Positions 28,270-37,090 of a stretch of 59,082 nucleotides of DNA are shown here, in pieces. This DNA is from Acidobacteriota bacterium (GTDB taxonomy: Bacteria > Acidobacteriota > Polarisedimenticolia > Polarisedimenticolales > DASRJG01), in the NCBI GenBank assembly GCA_041500265.1, contig JBGQLU010000003.1:1-59082 (forward strand), in the 5' to 3' direction. Under the pieces are notes generated by a model, which was given only the letters and a program-made list of their open reading frames with translations, was not told the origin of the DNA and made no database searches. How positions within the stretch are numbered: position 1 is the first letter of the stretch; every line of letters starts with the position of its first letter. The position numbers and the translations under genes were made by a program.

Positions 28270-29046
28270 CTACCCGGGCCGGCGGGGGCTGACCAGTTCG
28301 ATCCGCCAGACGGGCCCCGGCGTCGTGAGCGAGCCCTCGAACCCGACGAACGCCGGTACGTCGTCGGTGATGATCCAGGCGTGGAGATCCGGCGGGATGC
28401 GCCCGAGGAGCGTGGCGAAGAGGTTCAGCCACAGCCCCAGCCGAGGCTTCATCGCGTAGTGCACCGCGTTCTTCGTGAGCTCTCCGACCGGAATTTTCAC
28501 CTCTCCCACCGGCGTCAGCTCGAGCTCGATGAGCTTGGGCTCGGGCGTGAACCCCACGAAGTGGATGATCACGCCGGTTCCCTTGGGGAGGTCCTTCACG
28601 ACGGTCAGGATCATCCCGTTGTAGACGTCCGGCGGCAGCGCGAATTTGCCTTCGAGGATCTTCTCTCCGCCGCCTTTGTGGTCCTTCGTCGTCACGCGAT
28701 ACGCGCCGGTCGCGAGCGTCATCGAGATCTCGGTGTCCACCGCGAACGCTGGGCCCTTTTCGGCGAGTCCGTACGTCTTCAGGAGGTAGACCCCTTTTTC
28801 GGTGAACGTGACGTTCTCGTCGAAGATCGACCCGTCCTTGAAGTGGAAGATCATGCGCTTGTCGATCTCGTCGCCCCGGGCGACCTGGAGCAGATCGCCC
28901 TGGGCCAAGGCAGCGCCACTGAGGTCGCGCAGCACGAGAAAGCCGTGCGTGACGCCCTCGGCGTAACGCACCCGGACCGGGACCGCCATGAGCGGACTCA
29001 CTCCCGCAGCCAAGACTGCAGCGCCGAGCACCATCTTGAGTTTCAT
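28270..29046 (-). CDS. Secreted hypothetical protein
   Basis: Signal peptide; EGVTHGFLVL, FHFKDGS, PPDVYNG, PAFVGFEG; GC3-rich codon usage. Confidence 0.8.
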   Translation of the reverse strand: MKLKMVLGAAVLAAGVSPLMAVPVRVRYAEGVTHGFLVLRDLSGAALAQGDLLQVARGDEIDKRMIFHFKDGSIFDENVTFTEKGVYLLKTYGLAEKGPAFAVDTEISMTLATGAYRVTTKDHKGGGEKILEGKFALPPDVYNGMILTVVKDLPKGTGVIIHFVGFTPEPKLIELELTPVGEVKIPVGELTKNAVHYAMKPRLGLWLNLFATLLGRIPPDLHAWIITDDVPAFVGFEGSLTTPGPVWRIELVSPRRPG

Positions 29047-29124
29047 CCCGATCTCCGAGAGGTCTCCGATGATGCGCGGAGGCCCTCCAACGCCGCCATG
29101 GGGTGTCGACCCCATCCGCTCCCA

Positions 29125-29143
29125 GTAGGGTTAGACCCCATGG
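29125..29143 (+). promoter_or_regulatory. Conserved motif copy 1, GTAGGGTTAGACCCCATGG
   Basis: 18/19 identical to 30409-30427. A related near-palindrome ATGGGGTGTCGACCCCAT lies at 29098-29115. Confidence 0.6.
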
Positions 29144-29214
29144 AGGCCGGTCGACCAAAGTCGTAGCGTTTCCCACGTGCCGAACACAGGCGCACTGGAA
29201 ACAAGGAGCACACC

Positions 29215-29370
29215 ATGTTGTGGACGATCGCTTTGATTCTCGCCCTGCTCTGGGTCCTGGGCCTCGCGAGCAGTTACACGATGGGCGGGTTGATTCACAT
29301 CCTTCTCGTCGTAGCCGTGATCGTCGTGCTGTTCCGGCTCATTCAAGGGCGCCGGTTGACGAGCGCGTAG
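29215..29370 (+). CDS. lmo0937/DUF5670-family small membrane protein (51 aa)
   Basis: Manual translation MLWTIALILALLWVLGLASSYTMGGLIHILLVVAVIVVLFRLIQGRRLTSA; AAGGAG RBS; below the ORF-track size cut-off. Confidence 0.9.
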   Translation: MLWTIALILALLWVLGLASSYTMGGLIHILLVVAVIVVLFRLIQGRRLTSA

Positions 29371-29405
29371 CACGCCGTCACCGACATCGATCCGCTGGAG
29401 GTCTC

Positions 29406-29645
29406 ATGAATCCCAAGACGCTCGTTGCCATCATCCTCATCGGCCTCGCCGTCATCGCGTTCGCGTACCAGGGCATCACGTACACGACTCGGGGACAAGA
29501 CGTGAACATCGGCCCGATGCACATGACGACCGAACACACGCATCACATTCCGCTGCCGCCGGTCTTCGGCGCGATCGCGCTCGTCGGCGGAATCGCGCTC
29601 TTGATGGTGAACAGGCGGAGTCTCGGTAGCGCGGTCCCCCGGTGA
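29406..29645 (+). CDS. Small membrane protein (DUF3185-like)
   Basis: TM, YQGITYTT...IGP...IPLPP.FG, TM; GGAGG RBS. Confidence 0.85.
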   Translation: MNPKTLVAIILIGLAVIAFAYQGITYTTRGQDVNIGPMHMTTEHTHHIPLPPVFGAIALVGGIALLMVNRRSLGSAVPR

Positions 29646-29923
29646 GAATCCACGACATCGGCCCGCGGAACGAGATCGTCCATCCGGCGGCGAAGCCTTC
29701 GCCCTGGAGCAAGGACTACGGTCGGTCCGGCGGCGTCGAGCTCGACCGTCCGTACATCGACGATCAACCCGAGGACCGGCACGGCTGGGCCGCCCCCTCT
29801 CGCTGGGGTAGCCGGCCCGTCCGCGAGGTCGAGGCCGGAATCGTGCGCCGCGGGACGGCGATGAGGCGTCTTCTGCATCTCACCTGGACGTGGATCCAGA
29901 ACGTCGTGAGCGACGGCGGCTAG
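29642..29923 (+). CDS. Hypothetical protein
   Basis: GTGA coupling to the upstream stop and fills the operon gap; no motif recognised. Confidence 0.55.
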   Translation: MRIHDIGPRNEIVHPAAKPSPWSKDYGRSGGVELDRPYIDDQPEDRHGWAAPSRWGSRPVREVEAGIVRRGTAMRRLLHLTWTWIQNVVSDGG

Positions 29924-29933
29924 ACGGGAACCG

Positions 29934-30404
29934 GTGAATGTCATGGCTCGAATCAAGTCGTCCCGAACCGTTCTTCTGATGGCCGGAACCCTGCTCGCCG
30001 GATCGAGCCTGTGCCTGTTCCAGTCGTGCGTCGAGGCCAGGGCGGTTTCGACGAAACCGAGCCGGATCGAGCAGGTGCGCCTCGGATTCGGGCTCGACCT
30101 CGAGGGGAAAGTGAGCCCCGGCTGCACCGCGAGCTCGTTCGGGGTGCACGATCCCATTCATCTTTCCTTGAAGATCGGTGAGACGCCGCCAGGATCGCTG
30201 ATCCGCGTTTCGGTCCGCGACACGGTCACACGCCGCATCGCGTGGAGCCAGGAGAAAACCGTTCCCGCGGTTCATTCTTACGTGACGTTCGAGATAGGAA
30301 GGGACCTCGCCGAGGGCCGGTATCGAGCCGAATCGATTCTCGGCGACGAGACGGCGAGCACGCGGGACTTCCTGGTGCACACCTGGAACGGAAACACACA
30401 CTGA
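29934..30404 (+). CDS. Exported hypothetical protein (Ig-like beta-sandwich)
   Basis: Hydrophobic N-terminus followed by Cys; LAEGRYRAE C-terminal strand pattern. Confidence 0.65.
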   Translation: MNVMARIKSSRTVLLMAGTLLAGSSLCLFQSCVEARAVSTKPSRIEQVRLGFGLDLEGKVSPGCTASSFGVHDPIHLSLKIGETPPGSLIRVSVRDTVTRRIAWSQEKTVPAVHSYVTFEIGRDLAEGRYRAESILGDETASTRDFLVHTWNGNTH

Positions 30405-30408
30405 TCCG

Positions 30409-30427
30409 GTAGGGTAAGACCCCATGG
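30409..30427 (+). promoter_or_regulatory. Conserved motif copy 2, GTAGGGTAAGACCCCATGG
   Basis: Matches 29125-29143; lies upstream of the SYLF gene. Confidence 0.6.
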
Positions 30428-30554
30428 GTAACCTCTTTTCGAATGCGTACCTTTCTCGTCGAAACGCAAGACTGCTTCCGTAAACCTTGTGCGGGCGCGG
30501 CCCACGATTCCAACTCAGACCCCAACCACAAGGATGAAAGGCACGGTTCCACTC

Positions 30555-31280
30555 ATGCGAATCCGATCTCTCACGATTCCTCTCGCGCTGTTGGTGGCCC
30601 TCCCGGTCGCGGCGTCGACCAGCGCGACGCAATTGACCACGAAAGAAAAGAAGACGCTCAGCGAGTCGGTCACGGTCTTGAACGAGCTCTCCGCGGCCCC
30701 TGACAAGGGCATCCCTCAGGAGCTTCTCGCCAAGGCCAGCTGCATCCTGATCTTCCCCTCGGTCGACAAAGGGGCGTTCATCGTGGGCGGCAAGAGCGGC
30801 CACGGTGTCGCGTCGTGCCGTCAGCCGGACGGGAAGATGGGCCCCTTGGCCTTCTACACCGTCGGAGGCGCGAGCGTCGGCTTCCAGATCGGCGGGCAAA
30901 CCGCCGACGTCGTCATGCTCATCATGAACGACAAGGGAATCGACCACCTCCTTTCCGACAAATTCACGATCGGTGGTGAAGCCACCGCCACCGCCGGCCC
31001 GGTCGGGCGCACCGCCCACGCCGCGACCGACGCTCAGATGCATGCGCAAATCCTCTCCTGGTCCCGCTCGAAGGGCCTGTTCGTGGGAGCGGCTCTGGAC
31101 GGCTCGGTCGTGAAGCCGGACGTCGAATCGAACGAGCGCCTCTACGGCCACCCCACCACCGGGAAAGAGATCCTGGTGGACTCCAAGCTCTCCGTCCCGG
31201 CATCGTCCAAGCCGCTCCTCGACGCGATTCGCCACCAGATGGCCGTTGCCGTCGCAGTGGAAACCGCGGAAAAGAAGTAA
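30555..31280 (+). CDS. Lipid-binding SYLF (Ysc84) domain protein
   Basis: IPQELL..A.C..IFP...KGAFIVGG..G.G, GASVGFQIG, AGPVGR, SWSRSKGLF.G. Alternative start at 30534. Confidence 0.92.
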   Translation: MRIRSLTIPLALLVALPVAASTSATQLTTKEKKTLSESVTVLNELSAAPDKGIPQELLAKASCILIFPSVDKGAFIVGGKSGHGVASCRQPDGKMGPLAFYTVGGASVGFQIGGQTADVVMLIMNDKGIDHLLSDKFTIGGEATATAGPVGRTAHAATDAQMHAQILSWSRSKGLFVGAALDGSVVKPDVESNERLYGHPTTGKEILVDSKLSVPASSKPLLDAIRHQMAVAVAVETAEKK

Positions 31281-31313
31281 CTCAGGGTCGATCGACGCCT
31301 GAGGTTTCACCCG

Positions 31314-31352
31314 CGCTCGCTTCCGGCCCCAACCGGAAGCGGGCGTTTTTTT
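31314..31352 (+). terminator. Intrinsic terminator
   Basis: CGCTCGCTTCCGG-loop-CCGGAAGCGGGCG followed by T7, just after the SYLF stop. Confidence 0.85.
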
Positions 31353-31374
31353 CGGCACAGGCCCACCCGATCCG

Positions 31375-32298
31375 CTACGACTGCGAGCCTGGCGGGTAGC
31401 GCGTGAACTGCCCGTCGACGAAGCAGATCTCGGCGTCGAAGCGCGTGGTGGTGCCCGGCGTGCAGATGCTGCCCGCTCCGTCCTTTCCGTGGGAGAAGAT
31501 CGTGTACTCGGTCGTGTGCGATTCCACCTGGAAGACGCGCCCCCACCCGTCCGCGACCGGCATCTTCTTGATGTAGACCGGCTCGAGCACCGACTGGAGC
31601 TCCGCGGCGCTCGTGGCGGTCGGGTAGGCCTTGTTGTCCACCGCGTACGACTCGACGGCGGTGCCGATCGAGCGCAGATCGGCCATCGTCCGTTTCTGCT
31701 TGCCCCGGTCGACCGCGTTCAGGAAGTTCGGAATCGCGATGGCCGCGATGATGCCGAGGAAGGCGATCATCACCGGAACGACGACGGCAACGGCGACGAT
31801 GATTGCGGCGGTATTCTTCGTCCGCAGCGATTGAAGTTGTTCCCGCTCGAGCGCGCCGAGATTCTCGACCGGAGTTGCGGAGAACAGCACCCGGACTCCC
31901 CCGTTGAACATGTACACGAGGACCAGGATGCTGATTACCGTCTGCAGGGGGAACCCGATCAGGCCGAGACAGGAGAACGCGATCTGGAGGTACCGGCCGT
32001 ACGCTCGGAGCCTCCACAAACCGTACCCGCAGACCAAGGCGCCCACGCCGAGCATCGACGAGGCGATTCCAAGAACGAGAAGAACGGGACCGTCCGGCGA
32101 TCGTCCCGACAGAACGATGAGCGGCACGCTGAGGAACAACCAGCAGATCCCGGAGACGAACTTGATCGCCGAGAGGAGCGTGATGACCGCGGGGCGCACA
32201 CGCTGCAAAGGCATGGAGGACGATCCCATTCCCTTGCCGCAAGCCGGGCAATACAGGGCATCGTCTGCAGCCTGCGCGCCGCACTGGGTGCAGTACAT
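31375..32298 (-). CDS. Zinc-ribbon + multi-TM + GspG-like pilin-domain fusion protein
   Basis: N-terminal CTQC...CPAC, several TMs, then GIIAAIAIPNFLNAVDRGKQKRTMADLRSI...DGWGR...SHGKDG, paralogous to 12202-12642; GGAGG RBS. Confidence 0.85.
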   Translation of the reverse strand: MYCTQCGAQAADDALYCPACGKGMGSSSMPLQRVRPAVITLLSAIKFVSGICWLFLSVPLIVLSGRSPDGPVLLVLGIASSMLGVGALVCGYGLWRLRAYGRYLQIAFSCLGLIGFPLQTVISILVLVYMFNGGVRVLFSATPVENLGALEREQLQSLRTKNTAAIIVAVAVVVPVMIAFLGIIAAIAIPNFLNAVDRGKQKRTMADLRSIGTAVESYAVDNKAYPTATSAAELQSVLEPVYIKKMPVADGWGRVFQVESHTTEYTIFSHGKDGAGSICTPGTTTRFDAEICFVDGQFTRYPPGSQS

Positions 32299-32366
32299 CG
32301 AAGCGTCCTCCATCGGAGGGCCAACCGACGCTCCTCGTAGCCTACAGCGGATCGGCCTCGATCGCG

Positions 32367-32900
32367 CTACTCGTGCGGCTGCAAACCCAGGTACGCCCCG
32401 GCCATGCGGAGCACGTTGCGCTGGTTGTCCGGATCCGCCGTCAGCGACCGCTGGAAGAGCTCTTCCGCATGCTTGCGGTCGCCCTTGACCAGATAGTAGG
32501 AGCCGATCTCCGCCAGCCAATCGGCGTCCACGGGCGCCAGTTGAAGAACCTTATCGAAGGCCGCCTGGGCCTTGTCCCAGTCGCCGGCCTCCCAATAGAC
32601 GCGTCCGATGCGAATCCAATCGCCCGGGGCCGCCTTCTTGGCGATCGCGGCATCCATGATCTTCTGAGCTTCCTCCTTGCGCCCGGTCAGGTAATAGATC
32701 CGCGCCGTCGCGATGTTCTCCCAGGAACCGTCCCCGGCGTATTCGCGGGCCATGCCGAGCAGGGCGTCGCCGGCTACTTTCGGGTCCTTGCCCAGGAACA
32801 GGTCGGGGCTCGTCGGGTTCTTCTTCGCCACGGCGATGCCGGCCGTCAGCGCCGAGGCCAGCAGCATCGAAGCAATCACACGCATGCGCTTGGACATCAT
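32367..32900 (-). CDS. Secreted TPR protein
   Basis: Signal peptide; TPR-like helices (IGRVYWEAGDWDKAQAAFDKVL, IGSYYLVKGDRKHAEELFQRSL); AGGAGG RBS. Confidence 0.85.
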   Translation of the reverse strand: MMSKRMRVIASMLLASALTAGIAVAKKNPTSPDLFLGKDPKVAGDALLGMAREYAGDGSWENIATARIYYLTGRKEEAQKIMDAAIAKKAAPGDWIRIGRVYWEAGDWDKAQAAFDKVLQLAPVDADWLAEIGSYYLVKGDRKHAEELFQRSLTADPDNQRNVLRMAGAYLGLQPHE

Positions 32901-32925
32901 TCACCTCCTGCGGTTCGAGACACCT

Positions 32926-33408
32926 CTACCGCCCCGCCTTGTACCAGGCTTCCTTCGCCTCGCGCGATCCGGGGACGTCGTCGTTGCGCAGCTCCTTGTC
33001 GATCGCCTCCACGTAGACGGTTCCGTCCTCCGGGTACTCGCAGACTTCGTAGGACACCCGGTTCCCGGTCGCGAGGTACTCCATCGGCGCCGTGCCGGTG
33101 TTCAGGAAGGTGTGCGGAGCCGGATCCCCGGCAAGGTAGAGAACGAAGTCCCCGGTCTTGACCGGAACGTCTCGATCGCCGTGCCGGAGAATCCCGCTGC
33201 CCTTCAGGATCAGGAACATCTCCTCCTGAAGATGATGCCGGTGGAGCCGCGTGGAGCGCATCCCCGGCGCGAGGCGATAGAGCCGCAGGCCGGATTGGAT
33301 CGAGCCCAGCTTACGAGCGGGATCCCGGATCTCGACGGCGGTCCGTTCCCCGGACGACCAGGGCGTCCATGGCAACTCCGACAGGTTGACGATCTTGGGG
33401 TCGTTCAT
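32926..33408 (-). CDS. Cupin domain protein
   Basis: LAPG.RST.LHRH..QEEMF.IL.G.G, PHTF.N, EVCEYP. Confidence 0.9.
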   Translation of the reverse strand: MNDPKIVNLSELPWTPWSSGERTAVEIRDPARKLGSIQSGLRLYRLAPGMRSTRLHRHHLQEEMFLILKGSGILRHGDRDVPVKTGDFVLYLAGDPAPHTFLNTGTAPMEYLATGNRVSYEVCEYPEDGTVYVEAIDKELRNDDVPGSREAKEAWYKAGR

Positions 33409-33788
33409 GGTGAAAGCCTCACCTTCCGGAGCAGGCGTCCGCAGTCTTCGGGTGCGAAGCAATTGCAGCGGAGCGCCGATCGCAGAAGCGCCTGCATCGT
33501 GCGGACGCGCTCGATCACGCCATCGAGCTCCGCGAGCTTGTCGGCCGCGAGCTCGCGCAGGCTCGCCGAGTAGGGCCGCCCCGAGATCAGCTGGCGGATC
33601 TCCCGGAGAGTGAACCCGCTTTCCCGCGCGAAGCGAATCACCTCGAGCCGGAGCAGAACGTCCCCCGTGTAGTGCCGCCGGCCGCCGCGCCGCTCGGGCG
33701 AGGGGAGCAACCCGAGCCGCTCATAGTATCGAATGGCCGAGGTCAGGAGGCCGGCATCCCGCGCGATTTCGCCGATCCGCATCGTCAC
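33405..33788 (-). CDS. MerR family regulator (SoxR-like group, three C-terminal Cys)
   Basis: IGEIA...SAIRYYER.GLL, GFTLREI, CNCFAPEDC. Start is GTG 33788 or ATG 33782. Confidence 0.92.
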   Translation of the reverse strand: MTMRIGEIARDAGLLTSAIRYYERLGLLPSPERRGGRRHYTGDVLLRLEVIRFARESGFTLREIRQLISGRPYSASLRELAADKLAELDGVIERVRTMQALLRSALRCNCFAPEDCGRLLRKVRLSP

Positions 33789-33802
33789 CGTTCGATTATC
33801 CC

Positions 33803-33833
33803 TTGACTTGAAGTGCGCTTCAAGTCGGAGACT
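33803..33833 (+). promoter_or_regulatory. MerR-type promoter/operator with 19-bp spacer
   Basis: -35 TTGACT, 19 nt, -10 GAGACT; perfect dyad GACTTGAAG-TGCG-CTTCAAGTC at 33805-33826. Confidence 0.88.
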
Positions 33834-33855
33834 CGTCGCTCGAGAGGAGAACCCC

Positions 33856-34221
33856 ATGAAGCGGCTAGTCGCGACTGTGTTGATGGCCTCGCTGTCGCCC
33901 GTATCGATCGTCGCCGGCGAGAGGTTCGCGTGCAACATGAGCGCCCTGACGAGCGACGAGCGCGCGCATCATCGCGATCTTTCGCAAACCCTGTTCGCGG
34001 CGGTGAAGGAGAAGCGCGACCTTCCCGACGGCTACGGCTTCCTGCTGCCGCCGGCGGAATTGATGACGCTTGCCGAGTGGGTCTCGTTCGAGCGTAGGTG
34101 CTGCCCGTTCCTGACGTTCGAAATCGAGCAGTCGCGGGATCAAGGCCCGCTCTGGCTCCGCATCACCGGGTCGGACGGGGCGAAGCCGTTCATCGCGGCG
34201 GAGTTCGAGACGAACCCCTGA
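33856..34221 (+). CDS. MerR-regulated small protein with AC..L and E..CCPF motifs
   Basis: FACNMSAL, GYGF, ERRCCPFLTFEIE, LWLRITG; signal-like N-terminus; GAGGAG RBS. Confidence 0.85.
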   Translation: MKRLVATVLMASLSPVSIVAGERFACNMSALTSDERAHHRDLSQTLFAAVKEKRDLPDGYGFLLPPAELMTLAEWVSFERRCCPFLTFEIEQSRDQGPLWLRITGSDGAKPFIAAEFETNP

Positions 34222-34682
34222 GCGCCGGCGGGCTGTAGGGTCGATGGCCGAATCGGACGCCACTCCAGGTTCGAGCTGTCGAAGCAGCGTGCGGGATTCC
34301 CGGGATCGGGGTCGACGCACGCGATCTCGAATCCGGGGCAAGCTCCGCTGGTAGAGCCCGCCTCGGGGCAAGGGTGCGTTTTCCGGAACTCGTCCTTCGC
34401 CCGCTGGGTCTTGGCGGCCCGCTCGTGGAGCTCGCGGTCGATGGTGCTGCTCCGCTCGCGGTACGACGCATCCGCGTACGAGCCACCACAACCGCGAATC
34501 GCGACACCGCCGCCGTGATGGCCGGGCGGGCCCATCGGGTGCCCGGCGCAGGGGTGACCGGCGGCAGCGTGGCCGGCGCAACCGTGGCCGGAGCCGGTTC
34601 CCGAATGAGCCGAGCACACCGATGCGGCCGCGACGGCTAGGATCACGGCATGAATCGCGACCCGGAGCTTGCCTGCCCGCAT
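34140..34682 (-). CDS. Secreted His/Gly/Cys-rich protein with degenerate HNH-like C-terminal domain
   Basis: Signal peptide; GH.CAGH repeats; FRKTHPCP..G...GACPG...SNLEW. 3' end overlaps the opposite gene by 82 nt. Confidence 0.6.
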   Translation of the reverse strand: MRAGKLRVAIHAVILAVAAASVCSAHSGTGSGHGCAGHAAAGHPCAGHPMGPPGHHGGGVAIRGCGGSYADASYRERSSTIDRELHERAAKTQRAKDEFRKTHPCPEAGSTSGACPGFEIACVDPDPGNPARCFDSSNLEWRPIRPSTLQPAGAQGFVSNSAAMNGFAPSDPVMRSQSGP

Positions 34683-34842
34683 CCTCGCTAGTCTGCGCCT
34701 CCGGAGCCGCGGTGTCGAATGGGGCCAGGGGACGGTCTCGCGGGGAGCTCGCAAGGAATCCGCCGAGAGCCGATGCGCGCGCGGTCCGATCTCCCCGGAG
34801 TATCATCGGAACAAGGCCCTGCCATGGGCTCGAGAGGACACG

Positions 34843-36540
34843 TTGCACACACCGTCGGTCATCGGCCGCAGCGTGATCGCGGCGTCCGCCATCGCGCTGG
34901 CGTTCGGGGCGGCGGGCGCGTCCGAGCGGTGGCTCGAGCTCAAGACCGAGCATTTCCGCATCCTGAGCAACGCGTCCGCGGGCAAGACGACGGAGATCGG
35001 TTCGTCCCTGGAGGCGTTCCGAGCGGTCGTCGCGCGGAGCACCAAGGGACTGACCCTCGGTCCCGACGTGCCCACCACGATGTTCATCTTCAAGGACGAT
35101 GCGTCCTTCGACCCTTACAAGTACCGCCCCGATCGAGAGAACAGCCGGCTGTTGGGGTTTTTCTTCCCGGCGGTCGAGCGCCAGATCATCGCCCTCAACG
35201 CAACGCCTCCGGAGAACGTGAACTTTGCTCGTGCGTTCAAGCAATTCCAATATTCCTACGCGCCCGTCTATCACGAGTACACTCATTCCCTCCTTCGCAA
35301 CACGTTCTCGCAGCTCCCGCTCTGGTTGAACGAAGGGATCGCCGAGTACTTCTCCACGCTCCTGGTCCAGGGACGGAACGCCGATGTGGGGCGGGCCGAT
35401 CGAGCGGAGCTGCCATGGCTGCAGCAGCGGTTCGTGATCCCCATCGACAAGTTGATGGCGATCCCGCGCTTCGACGTGCTTCCGGGGAACACCGAGGCAA
35501 CCGCGCGCGCCGAATCCTGGGCGGTCGTCCACGCGCTCCTTCGAGGCAAGGACGAGCGAAGGCGGCAGTTCTCGCAATTCCTGTCGCTGCTCCTCGCGGG
35601 GACGCCGCAATCGGAGGCCTTCAGCAAATCGTTCCCCGTTTCCATCGCCGAGCTTCAAGCGGAGGTCGAGGCCCACGTGCGCCAGGGCGAGTTCAGCGTT
35701 CCGACCTACACCCTCGACGAGCTCGGCGTGGCGCGCGAGTACGAAATCACTACGGTCGATAGCACCGAGATGAACATCGAGCTGGGAGAGTTGGTCGCGC
35801 TCACGCGGAGCGATCGACTGGACGTGGCGGAGGAGCGATTCCGCGCGGCGCTCGCCACCAAGCCGAACTCCCCACGGGCGCTCGCCGGGCTCGGGCGGGT
35901 CGAGCAGTCGCGCGGACACGTCGAGCGCGCGGAAGAGCTCTTCCGCAAGGCCCTGGTGGAAGCTCCCGAGGATCCGATCGTGAGTTTCCGTCTCGGAAGC
36001 GTCTTGCTCGGGAAGGTGGACGAAACGATGGACCCGGCGCCGCCGGGACTGTCTCTCCCGCCGCGGGTCGCGGAGGCGCGCGCCCTGTTCGCCGCGGCGG
36101 TCCGCGCCCGCCCGGATCTCGTCGTGGCGCAACGATTCTTCGGCGAGACCTTCCTGGTGGATCCCGGGGACCGCTCTGCCGGCGTGGCCGCGTTGGAAAC
36201 CGTCTTGCGCACCGACCCGCGCTCCTGGCGGGCCGCCTCGGCGCTCGGGCGACTTCGGCTTTGGTCCGGCGATCTGGCCGGCGCTGCGGCCCTTCTCGAC
36301 TCCGCGGCCGCTAGGAGCGGAGACGTGCGGGAGATCGCGGCCTACCGGGCGATCGTTCTCGATGCGCTCAAGGCCGCTCTCCTCGATCGGATCGACCGCG
36401 AGGGCCCGGCCTCCGCCGCGACGTGGCTCCGCGGCGTGATGACGAAGACGGCCGACGAAGGGACGGTGCGGCAGCTCGAGGCTTGGCTCGGTCAAACCGA
36501 AGCCGCGATCAAGCCGCCCGCCCCGGCACCCGGCGGCTAG
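34843..36540 (+). CDS. Secreted zincin-like (DUF1570-type) domain plus TPR protein
   Basis: WLELKTEHFRI, HEYTH, PLWLNEGIAEYFS, ESWAVVH, C-terminal TPRs; TTG after GAGG. Confidence 0.85.
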   Translation: MHTPSVIGRSVIAASAIALAFGAAGASERWLELKTEHFRILSNASAGKTTEIGSSLEAFRAVVARSTKGLTLGPDVPTTMFIFKDDASFDPYKYRPDRENSRLLGFFFPAVERQIIALNATPPENVNFARAFKQFQYSYAPVYHEYTHSLLRNTFSQLPLWLNEGIAEYFSTLLVQGRNADVGRADRAELPWLQQRFVIPIDKLMAIPRFDVLPGNTEATARAESWAVVHALLRGKDERRRQFSQFLSLLLAGTPQSEAFSKSFPVSIAELQAEVEAHVRQGEFSVPTYTLDELGVAREYEITTVDSTEMNIELGELVALTRSDRLDVAEERFRAALATKPNSPRALAGLGRVEQSRGHVERAEELFRKALVEAPEDPIVSFRLGSVLLGKVDETMDPAPPGLSLPPRVAEARALFAAAVRARPDLVVAQRFFGETFLVDPGDRSAGVAALETVLRTDPRSWRAASALGRLRLWSGDLAGAAALLDSAAARSGDVREIAAYRAIVLDALKAALLDRIDREGPASAATWLRGVMTKTADEGTVRQLEAWLGQTEAAIKPPAPAPGG

Positions 36541-36545
36541 ACGAT

Positions 36546-36568
36546 CGTCCGGGGAGCTCCCCCGGACG
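36546..36568. terminator. Hairpin between convergent genes
   Basis: CGTCCGGGG-AGCTC-CCCCGGACG, 5 nt after the 36540 stop. Confidence 0.55.
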
Positions 36569-36607
36569 AGAGAGGAGAAATTCCACGCGGCCGGGCTGGG
36601 CGCGCGC

Positions 36608-37090
36608 CTACTCGACCAGCGGGATGCCGTCCGCGAGGTCGTAACGGATCATCGCGCGGATCTTGTTCTCGATCTGCACGTAACGCGCGACCTTCGTCGA
36701 GGGCAGAACGGCTTCGAGCTTGGGGACGTAGGACTGCTTCAGCTTGACCTCGGCCTCCTCGATCGCGAGCGATTCGGAGAGAAGCGTCTTGGCGGTCTCG
36801 TTCGAGATCGGCCCCTTGTTGTAGGCGTCGGCATAGGAGGCGATCGCCTTCGTGAGGCGCTGGTTGATCTGCTGCAAATCCTTCTGATAGGCGTCGTACA
36901 CCGGCCAGAACCCCTTCGCCTCGGAATCGGTCAAGTCGAGATTGGCCGCGACCAGAAGCTTCTTGTCGGCCTTCACTTTCTGCCGGAGGATTTCCATCGT
37001 GTGGTCCGCCGAGGTCTCCTGCGCGAGCGCGGGGACGGGGGCGGCAACGGCCGCTGCCAGTACCAACATTGCGACGCTCATGAATCTCAT
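36608..37090 (-). CDS. Secreted helical hypothetical protein
   Basis: Signal peptide; LDLT..EA..FWPVY..YQ, KVARY.QIENKIRA; GAAGGAG RBS. Confidence 0.85.
   Translation of the reverse strand: MRFMSVAMLVLAAAVAAPVPALAQETSADHTMEILRQKVKADKKLLVAANLDLTDSEAKGFWPVYDAYQKDLQQINQRLTKAIASYADAYNKGPISNETAKTLLSESLAIEEAEVKLKQSYVPKLEAVLPSTKVARYVQIENKIRAMIRYDLADGIPLVE

Noticed and set aside
33405-33788. Calling the MerR gene soxR
   Set aside because: Only three of the four cluster Cys are present and the operator differs from the canonical SoxR box.
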